From Wolbachia endosymbiont of Armadillidium arcangelii (GTDB lineage: Bacteria; Pseudomonadota; Alphaproteobacteria; Rickettsiales; Anaplasmataceae): a stretch of 32,000 nucleotides of DNA. The DNA lies in assembly GCF_040207875.1 (NCBI RefSeq), contig NZ_CP157942.1, forward strand, positions 575,001 to 607,000, read 5' to 3'. The translations under genes and the position numbers were made by a program. Below the pieces are notes generated by a model. The model made no database searches. It was given only the letters and a program-made list of their open reading frames with translations, and had not been told where the DNA came from. Position 1 is the stretch's first letter; each line of letters starts with the position of its first letter. This document shows positions 24,298 through 32,000 of this stretch, in pieces.

Positions 24298-27200
24298 ATG
24301 AATATTGTATTTTATTGTGAAGAGTTTAATGACTGTGATTTAGACAATGGTAAAACTCCTTTAAGGAAAAAGTTCAATGAAATAATTAAAGATTTAAAGG
24401 AAAACAACAGTACAAGCCAAGGAAATATAAAGTTAATAAAAGGTTGTGGGAATATTGAATATTTTCGAGCTAAATTAAGTGATAGTGACAGATTACTATT
24501 TACGAGGAGAAAGCATAATGACAAAGATGCTTTTGTTATTTTAGAAGTAATTCTGAATCATGATTATCATAAGTCTAAATTTTTAACAAATAGAGAAAAA
24601 ATAAGAAACATAAAAATAATAGATGAAAAAGTTCCTGATACAGTAGAGATTGAAGATGCTCCACAAATTCGTTGGTTAGGTAATTTTATTACTTTTAGTG
24701 CAAAGCAGGAAGATATAGTTGAAAGAGTTGAAAAGTTTGAATTACCTTTAGTTATTAGTGGACCTGCTGGCAGTGGAAAGACATCAGTGGCTTTGGAGAG
24801 CCTAAAAAGGATAAAAGAGAAGTTTGAGGGAGGAAAAATTCTATATATTACCAAATCCGAAAATCTTATAAAAGAATCAAAAAAAATATTTGAATGTGAA
24901 AATTACAATCAGACTACTGATGAACTAAGGACTCATACTCCAGAAGAAATTGATTTCTTATCTCTTCATGAATTTTTAAAAAAGATAATAAAAGTAGAAG
25001 GAAAGAAACCAATCAATAGAAGTAAGTTTTTTTCATGGTTCAAGGAAATATGCAAGAAAGATAAATTTAAAGGGTATAAAAAAGACGGAGATAAAATATT
25101 CGAAGAATTTACAGCTGTGATAGGTGGAGGAAGTTTATTAGGAGAAGATGGAAAAGATAGATATGCTAAATTAGGAAATAGACAATCTATATTTCCTATA
25201 GATAAAAGGAACAGTGTTTATGATTTTTTTGAAGAATATAGGAAATTTATAGAAGGAGATCAAAAGTATTATGATCCTAATCTTGTTGCTTATGAGTGCA
25301 TTGCAGAAGAAATGTATAATGCGATTGTTGTAGATGAAGTTCAAGATTTAACTGAAAGTACACTGAGTTTAATCTTGAAAAGTTTAAAAGATGAAAGAAA
25401 GGGTAATTTTTTATTATGTGGTGATGTTGATCAAGTAATACATCCTAGTTTTTTCTCTTTATCTAAGTTAAAATCTTTTCTCTATCAAAATAAATGTATA
25501 AGGGACCAAGGGTCAGAAGTTTTTTATACCCTTGAGAAAAATTATCGTAATAGCGAGCAAGCTATTGAACTTGCCAATCGTATACTACATCTTAAAAATT
25601 ATTGTTTTGCTTCGGAAGATAAAATGATAGTAGATAACGCTTTTTTCATGAAGAGTGATACTAAGAACAAAGGGAACGTTGGCTTTGTTACTGATGATAA
25701 AAAAGAAGAAATAGCAAAAAAAGTAAATGAATCTATGAATTGTGCTGTTTTAGCTCTGGATGATGAAAGTAAAGAAAGTGCACGTCAGTTATTTGATACT
25801 CCACTTGTGTTTAATATACATGAAGCCAAAGGCTTGGAGTTTGAAAATGTGATTCTTTACAAGTTTACATCGTGTAAAGCTTATAATGAAATATGGAATA
25901 TAGTATGTCCGGATAAAAGTGAGGGTGAAATAGATAATACTATTAATAGGATTCGTGATTCATATAACAAAAAGGATGTTAATACTTCAAGAAATAAGGA
26001 TAAGGAAGATAAGTCCTTGGAGAAATATAAATTTTATATGAACGCTCTGTATGTTGGAGTTACTCGTGCTGTTAGTAATATCTATATTGTAGATGATAAA
26101 AGTAATTTATTGAAAATAGTAGAACCAGGGGAAGAAGGTAATGTGAATATTAAGAAAGAAGAATCCAGTTCTGAAAAATGGAGAGATATGGCACTGGAGT
26201 TAATAGAGAAAGGAAACATAGAGCAAGCTAAAGATATAGCAGAAAAATTGTCACGTAAAGGGGAAAAAGAATATGCTAAAGAGGTTATGAATTCATTGAA
26301 AGCTAAAGGATGTCATAAACAGGATCAGAACTCAGATAAGAGCAAGCATACAAATTCAGTGTTAGAGAGTTCTAAATCTTCCTCACAAAGCTCAGAACAT
26401 GAAGGAAAAGAAGATGATATTAGCAAATCTCAGAATAAAAAGAGTAAACATAATCAAAACAAAAAGAAGAAAGCTAAGAAATGTAATAAAGTTCAAGAGG
26501 TGAAGCCACAGCTTTCTTTAAATGAGAAGGATAGTACTAATAAGAGTACAAACCCTCAGAATGAAGAGCATAAACAGGATCTAAATGACAAAAAGGAATC
26601 AAAAAGATTAGAGAAAAATAAAAAGGAATTATTTTTAGCTTTAAAAAATGGTAATTTGCAAAAGGCTAAACGGTTAATTAAGCAAGGAGTTAATGTTAAT
26701 GATAGTAATGAGGAAGGTAGTACTCCTTTACATTTGGCAGCAGAAAATGGTTACTTTGATATAGTTAAACTTTTTCTAGAGAATGGAGCTAAGGTTGATG
26801 ATAGGGATATTTTGAATCGTACTCCTTTACATTTGGCAGCAGAAAATGGTTACTTTGATATAGTTAAACTTTTTCTAGAGAATGGAGCTAAGGTTGATGA
26901 TAGGGATATTTTGAATTGTACTCCTTTACATTTGGCAGCAAAAAATGGTTACTTTGATATAGCTCAACTTCTTTTGCAGTATAAAGCTGAAGTTAATACC
27001 AAAGATACTTCAAGTCATACTCCTTTATATTTGGCAGCACAGAATGGTCACTATGAAGTAGTTAAACTTCTCCTAGATAATGGTGCGGATGTCAATGCTA
27101 AGAATAAGAAAGGTGTTACTTGTTTACATTTTGCAGCACAGAATGGTCACTATGAAATAGTTAAACTTCTTCTAGAGAATGGAGCTAAGGTTGATGATAG

Positions 27201-28239
27201 GGATATTTTGAATTGTACTCCTTTACGTATGGCAGCAAAAAATGGTTACTTTGATATAGTTAAACTTTTTCTAGAGAATGGAGCTAAGGTTGATGATAGG
27301 GATATTTTGAATTGTACTCCTTTACGTGTGGCAGCACAGAATGGTCACTATGAAGTAGTTAAACTTCTCCTAGATAATGGTGCGGATGTCAATGCTAAGA
27401 ATAAGAAAGGTGTTACTTGTTTACATTTTGCAGCACAGAATGGTCACTATGAAATAGTTAAACTTCTTCTAGAGAATGGAGCTAAGGTTGATGCTAGGGA
27501 TATTTTGAATTGTACTCCTTTACGTATGGCAGCAAAAAATGGTTACTTTGATATAGCTCAACTTCTTCTGGAGCATGGAGCTGATGTTAATGCTAGTAAT
27601 AAGGAAGGTAGTACTCCTTTACATTTGGCAGCAGAGAATGGTTATAAGAATGTAGTTGAAATTCTTCTGAGGAATAAAGCTAATATTGATGCTAGGAATA
27701 ATTTTAATTGTACTCCTTTGTTGAACGCACTAAAAGAAGGCCATTCCGAGATAGTTGACCTTCTGCTTGCTAACCCAAATATTAATGTTGGTTATTCAAA
27801 AGCTTCGTCTGCTAAAAAGAAAGAAGACAAAGAAAGATTTCTCCAAAAATTATCTCAAGATAATGAGTTGTTTAATCTGATAAAACAAGCAGCAGAAATA
27901 GATGAAAATAAGGTAGATGAATTACTCAAAAAGATAGAGAAATTACTGGAATCAAAAAACAAACATAGTTTCAAACCAAGCTTAAACTACTCTCCAGATG
28001 GTAATGATGAAAATACGACTATTAAAATTGCTATTAAAGCTAGTGGAAAGGTATTGCAGCTCTTATATGATTATGCGGAGAAGAATATAGGTACAGACAC
28101 TGAAATATTTAAAAAATTAAAACATGCTAAAGAAAACTCTCAGTCTAAGAGAGATCTTTGTAATGTTTCTGTCTCTAATCATTCTACTTTAACTCAAAGC
28201 CCCTCATTTGATGAGAGAGGATTTAGTGCCAAAGTATAA
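24298..28239 (+). CDS. RelE-like N-terminus + UvrD/Rep-like SF1 helicase + ankyrin-repeat multidomain protein
   Basis: 1313-aa ORF with N-terminal YFRAKLSDSDRLLFTRRKHNDKDAFVILEVILNHDYHK, Walker A VISGPAGSGKTS, motif II NAIVVDEVQDLT, motif III LLCGDVDQVIHP, YRNSEQAIELANRIL, motif V HEAKGLEFENVILYK and motif VI ALYVGVTRAVSNIYIV. A lysine-rich linker and about 12 ankyrin units follow. Confidence 0.93.
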   Translation: MNIVFYCEEFNDCDLDNGKTPLRKKFNEIIKDLKENNSTSQGNIKLIKGCGNIEYFRAKLSDSDRLLFTRRKHNDKDAFVILEVILNHDYHKSKFLTNREKIRNIKIIDEKVPDTVEIEDAPQIRWLGNFITFSAKQEDIVERVEKFELPLVISGPAGSGKTSVALESLKRIKEKFEGGKILYITKSENLIKESKKIFECENYNQTTDELRTHTPEEIDFLSLHEFLKKIIKVEGKKPINRSKFFSWFKEICKKDKFKGYKKDGDKIFEEFTAVIGGGSLLGEDGKDRYAKLGNRQSIFPIDKRNSVYDFFEEYRKFIEGDQKYYDPNLVAYECIAEEMYNAIVVDEVQDLTESTLSLILKSLKDERKGNFLLCGDVDQVIHPSFFSLSKLKSFLYQNKCIRDQGSEVFYTLEKNYRNSEQAIELANRILHLKNYCFASEDKMIVDNAFFMKSDTKNKGNVGFVTDDKKEEIAKKVNESMNCAVLALDDESKESARQLFDTPLVFNIHEAKGLEFENVILYKFTSCKAYNEIWNIVCPDKSEGEIDNTINRIRDSYNKKDVNTSRNKDKEDKSLEKYKFYMNALYVGVTRAVSNIYIVDDKSNLLKIVEPGEEGNVNIKKEESSSEKWRDMALELIEKGNIEQAKDIAEKLSRKGEKEYAKEVMNSLKAKGCHKQDQNSDKSKHTNSVLESSKSSSQSSEHEGKEDDISKSQNKKSKHNQNKKKKAKKCNKVQEVKPQLSLNEKDSTNKSTNPQNEEHKQDLNDKKESKRLEKNKKELFLALKNGNLQKAKRLIKQGVNVNDSNEEGSTPLHLAAENGYFDIVKLFLENGAKVDDRDILNRTPLHLAAENGYFDIVKLFLENGAKVDDRDILNCTPLHLAAKNGYFDIAQLLLQYKAEVNTKDTSSHTPLYLAAQNGHYEVVKLLLDNGADVNAKNKKGVTCLHFAAQNGHYEIVKLLLENGAKVDDRDILNCTPLRMAAKNGYFDIVKLFLENGAKVDDRDILNCTPLRVAAQNGHYEVVKLLLDNGADVNAKNKKGVTCLHFAAQNGHYEIVKLLLENGAKVDARDILNCTPLRMAAKNGYFDIAQLLLEHGADVNASNKEGSTPLHLAAENGYKNVVEILLRNKANIDARNNFNCTPLLNALKEGHSEIVDLLLANPNINVGYSKASSAKKKEDKERFLQKLSQDNELFNLIKQAAEIDENKVDELLKKIEKLLESKNKHSFKPSLNYSPDGNDENTTIKIAIKASGKVLQLLYDYAEKNIGTDTEIFKKLKHAKENSQSKRDLCNVSVSNHSTLTQSPSFDERGFSAKV
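26620..27795 (+). repeat. Ankyrin repeat array with 99-bp period
   Basis: About 12 units of type STPLHLAAENGYFDIVKLFLENGAKVDDRDILN. A three-unit block is duplicated with a 297-bp offset (AGAATGGTCACTATGAAGTAG at 27041 and 27338). Confidence 0.92.
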
Positions 28240-28501
28240 TAAAATATGAGAAAAAATGCCATCAAAGAAAAAGTCTGTGTGCCAGAACAATAGAGATAAT
28301 TCACAGTAGTATTAAGTTAATAAAACTATAGAGTTACTTTAAAAAAAATTGAAACTAGAGATTGGCAGGCTTTCAAAACAAAGCATTATCTTTAATCATC
28401 TTATTAAGTTATTGATTTTTCATATATAAAAAAATATTGCAAATATTATGTTTTATCTTCATTAAGTATCTCAAAAGGTTGATCCTCATTTAGGAGTACA
28501 A

Positions 28502-30128
28502 ATGATTTTCGGTAATAATAATTTATTAATTAATGCTTCAAGTATAGGTGACCTTAGTAAAGTTAAAGAACTTCTTGGAAATTGAGCTAATATTTATGCT
28601 AGAGACGAGAGAAGCAATACTGCTCTGCATGTGGCTGCTATGAATGGTCATTTAAATGTAGTAAAAGAGCTTTTAAGCAGAGGGGCTGTGATTTATACTG
28701 AAAATAAAGATTATTTCACACCTTTTGAATTAGCAAACAACGAAGGTAAGTTGGAAGTAGTAAATTTTCTTTTAAATCGCCAAGACAATTATGGCAAGCG
28801 TTACTGCATTATGCTATTAATAATAGAAACCAAAAATTGATAGATCTTTTATTAGGGAAAAGGGCTGATGTTAATGTTAAAGACAAAAAAGGGGATACTC
28901 CCCTGCATGTTGCTGTAATGACTAGTAATTTGTTTACTGATGAAATGTCTGATTTTTTGGATATGGTAAGAAAGCTTTTAGATAAAGGGGCTAAGATTTA
29001 TACTAGAAATAAAGGTAGTTTCACACCTTTAGGATTAGTAAAAAGAGGAAGTGACTTGGAGATGTTTTTTTTAATTACCAAGACAATTCTGGTAGTACGT
29101 TACTGCATCATGCTGCTTTTGATAATGACCCAAAATTGATAAAATTTTTATTAAATGAATTAAAGTTTAATATTAATATTATAAACGAAGAAGGCAATAC
29201 TCCTCTGCATGTTGCTGCGAGGTATGGTCGGTTAGATGCAGTAAAAGGGCTTTTAAGCAGAAGGGCTAATATTGATGCTAGAAACAATGTAAACAATACT
29301 CCTCTGCATATTGCTGCAAGGTATGGTCAGTTAGATGTAGTAAAAGAGCTTTTAGACAAAAAGGCTAAGATTTATACTGGAAACAAAGCAGGCAATGCTC
29401 CTCTGCATGTTGCTGCAAGGTATGGTCAGTTAGATGTAGTAAAAGAGCTTTTAGACAAAAAGGTTAAGATCAATACTGAAAACGGTATAGGCAGTACTCC
29501 TCTGCATGTTGCTGCAAGGTATGGTCAGTTAGATGTAGTAAAAGAGCTTTTAACCAGAAGGGCTAATATTGATGATGAAAACAAAAAAGGCAATACTCCT
29601 CTGTATGTAGCTGATATTAATGCTAAAAATAATAATAATTCTACTGCTCTGCATGTTGCTGCAAGATATGGTCATTTAAATATAGTAAGAGAGCTTCTAG
29701 ACAAAAAGGCTAAGATTTATGCTAAAAACACTGTAGGCAATACTCCTCTGCATGTTGCTGCAAGATATGGTCATTTGAATATAGTAAGAGAGTTTTTAAA
29801 AAGAGGGGCTAAGACTAATGCTGAAAACAAAAAAAGCGATACTCCTCTGCATGTCGCTGCAAGGCATGATTATTTAGATGTAATAAAAGAGCTTTTAAAC
29901 AAATGGGCTAAGATCAATGCTAAAAACAGTATAGGCGATACTCCTCTGCATGTTGCTGCAAGACATGGTCATTTAAATATAGTAAGAGAGCTTTTAAAAA
30001 GAGGGGCTAATATGTATGCTGAAAACAATGATGATCTTGTACCTTTTGAATTAGTAAACAACGCGGAGGTAGTAAATTTTTTTTTAGATCTCAAAAGCGA
30101 TCGTGTGCTGCAGCAACAAGCAGAATAA
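28502..30128 (+). pseudogene. Ankyrin-repeat gene, disrupted by an in-frame stop and frameshifts
   Basis: Starts MIFGNNNLLINASSIGDLSKVKELLGN*ANIYARDERSNTALHVAAMNGHLNVVKELLSRGA, then continues through the frames of ORFs 28631-28840, 28837-29139 and 29136-30128. Uninterrupted ankyrin homology crosses each break. Confidence 0.85.
29137..30060 (+). repeat. 99-bp-period ankyrin repeat array
   Basis: Recurring ACTCCTCTGCATGTTGCTGCAAGGTATGGTCAGTTAGATGTAGTAAAAGAGCTTTTAGAC units encoding TPLHVAARYGQLDVVKELLDKKAKI. Confidence 0.88.
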
Positions 30129-30129
30129 T

Positions 30130-30420
30130 GTTTGTGAGAAGCTTTATTGAAGATGAAGGAAGGTCCTTCGAAATCGGTTTTCAGGAGCAGGTTTCAAACC
30201 ACCTTAAGTGGCTCTATTTAAGAGATAGGGTCATAAGCGTTAAGGAAAAATCAGCGTAAGAGCTGGAAGGTGAGGATCAGAAAGGCGAACGTAAGTGAAC
30301 CACTGATGAACGTGTCGAAATGGGAAGTGAACATCGAAAGGGGGAGTGAGTCGTCACTGCCATTAAGTTAAGGGAAAGAGAAGTTAAGATTGGACAAAAA
30401 ATTTGAAGCGATTGATAATT
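30130..30420 (+). mobile_element. Probable 5' remnant of a second, different group II intron
   Basis: GTGAGAAGCTTTATTGAAGATGAAGGAAGGTCCTTCGAAATCGG...GGCGAACGTAAGTGAACCACTGATGAACGTGTCGAAATGGGAAGTGAACATCGAAAGGGGGAGTGAG resembles group II intron domain I. No reverse transcriptase ORF follows. Confidence 0.5.
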
Positions 30421-30550
30421 ATGGTAAATACTAGGGTGAATTTTTAAGAAAAGGGAGTCTGAAAAGTGCAAGTTATTTAAAAAAGTAATAATTGCAGGTT
30501 ATTTTGCAAAGAATGTACTAATGCAATGATACTGAAAAGATATCTTGAAT

Positions 30551-31402
30551 TTAAAACACATGTTTTCTAGCTCTTTTCTGGTAGTTGAGTGAACGAATAT
30601 CAGATATCTTATGACGATCAACTCTTCTCCCTTTTCTTACCACTAAAGTGTTCATCAAAAATAACTGTGATAGTCGATCCATAATGCAGTCTATGTCTGA
30701 CTCTGTAGAAAAAATATCAAAGGCTAAGTTTTTAATCGCATTAAATGAGACAGATTTATTGATGCTTTTTTTTAGTTTACTATTCTGTGCGCTCAATGTC
30801 TCTTCATCATCTTCTATCATGATACTTTCTAGATTACTGATGAAGATAGTTGACCAAAAATCCTGCTTGATAGTTTCAATACTTTTTCCTGTGAAATTCT
30901 CTAAATTTAATCTTCCCTTCAGCCTAAAAAAAAATGTTTCTACTCCCCAGCGCAAGTAATATAATCTCTCAAACTCTTCGACTGTAAAACTTTGCTCATC
31001 TAACAGAGATGTTACTAACACTTCAACTTCTCCAGAAGAAAGTATTATTTTGACTAACCTGAATTTCATCTCATCAGGTAATCCTAGCTTTCGTAGCTGT
31101 CTTGCTACTTTAATAGGTGCGGTAGACACTACCACCATACTAGATGGGCTTTCCGGCTTAAACATAGCGTTTATTTCATTGAAAGACGAACTTGGACAGC
31201 GAATTATATAATTGATTTTCCTTCCTGTAAGCTCAGCAAGAAATCGATAAGATACGTATCCTCTATCACAGATTAACAAATCGTCTGATTTTATGGATTC
31301 AAGCATACCGATCGCTAAATCAACCTCATAGCTGTCACCTCTACTTAGCTGTAATAGTTTAGATTTGATCTGACAGGTTAATAAAGTAAGATAAAAATAC
31401 AA
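30551..31402 (-). pseudogene. IS4-family transposase, N-terminally truncated
   Basis: 283-aa ORF with DDLLICDRGYVSYRFLAEL and FERLYYLRWGVETFFFRLKGRLNLENFTGKS (DDE/YREK-type region). The N-terminal third with the first catalytic Asp is missing at the junction with the next element. Confidence 0.8.
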
Positions 31403-31426
31403 ACAAATTTTAAAGGAGTGTCAGAT

Positions 31427-32000
31427 ATGAGTACAACACAAGAAAAAATACTAAAACCAAAGTTAGGATTGCTAGAACTTGCAAAGCAATTAGGAAATGT
31501 ATCACAGGCGTATGGGATATTCAAGGGATACATTTTACCGCTTCAAAGAACTGTATGAAACAGGAGGAGAAGAGGCTTTACACGAGATAAGCAAAAGCAA
31601 GCCATTGTATGCAAATAGAGTGTCGGAGGATATAGAAAAAGCAGTAGTTGAAATAGCAATAGAGTTTCCAGTATACGGACAAGAAAGAGCAGCAAACGAA
31701 CTGAAAAAGAGAGATCTCTGCAAGTGGAATAAGATCAGTGTGGCAAAGAAACGATCTTGAAAACTTTAAAAAGAGGTTAAAGGCATTAGAAGCAAAAGTA
31801 GCTCAGGATGGTATCATTTTAACAGAAGAACAGATAACAGCTCTAGAAAAGGCTAAGGAAGAAAAAGAGGCCCATGGAGAAATTGAAACAGAGCATCCAG
31901 GATACTTAGGTAGCCAAGACAGTTATTATGTTGGTAATATCAAAGGTATTGGACGAATTTACCAGCAAACCTTTGTTGATACCTATTCCAGAGTTGCTTT
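31427..32000 (+). pseudogene. IS481/IS3-like integrase-type transposase, frameshifted, running off the right edge
   Basis: [28 protein letters not shown] / [66 protein letters not shown] / [31 protein letters not shown]...YYVGNIKGIGRIYQQTFVDTYSRVA. Reading needs at least two frame changes (between 31470 and 31515, and near 31700-31715). Confidence 0.8.

Noticed and set aside
26620-30060. Regular ~99-bp repeats considered as a CRISPR array or non-coding satellite
   Set aside because: The periodicity is coding. Each unit translates to a 33-aa ankyrin repeat, and there are no unique spacers between short identical repeats.
24298-30128. Helicase/ankyrin locus considered as part of a prophage WO eukaryotic association module
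   Set aside because: No phage head, tail, baseplate, terminase or recombinase genes are visible in the window, so a prophage assignment is unsupported here although not excluded beyond the edges.
30648-30959. Plus-strand ORF of 103 aa
   Set aside because: It is antisense to the IS4-family transposase, whose DDE motifs lie on the minus strand.

Overview
This AT-rich window is almost certainly from a Wolbachia chromosome. That is inferred from the fused rpoB-rpoC gene, the gene content and the Wolbachia-like IS and group II intron debris; no database was searched. The backbone is ordinary housekeeping genes: rpoBC (5'-truncated by the window edge), dusB, serS, purD, an RDD-family membrane protein (apparently frameshifted), icd, nth, an ogt-type methyltransferase, znuC/ubiB and znuA. 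The accessory content is more interesting. (1) A 1313-aa protein at 24298-28239 combines a RelE/ParE-like N-terminal segment, a UvrD/Rep-like SF1 helicase core, a helical and polybasic linker, and about 12 ankyrin repeats. This is the best candidate for a novel effector or defence system. (2) A membrane-anchored Ulp1/C48-like cysteine protease at 7731-8972 is related in type to the CidB deubiquitylase domain but has no CifA-like partner. (3) A DnaJ-domain protein at 13902-14507 carries an apparent degenerate second J-like module and sits next to a membrane protein. (4) Two decayed accessory genes are present, one pure ankyrin and one ankyrin-like with a C-terminal membrane region. (5) A mobile-element graveyard contains two group II intron 5' remnants, an IS4-like element with matching 19-bp terminal inverted repeats, a truncated IS4-family transposase, a frameshifted IS481/IS3-like transposase, and an uncharacterised ~207-bp MITE-like inverted-repeat element. 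No rRNA, tRNA or CRISPR array was recognised.
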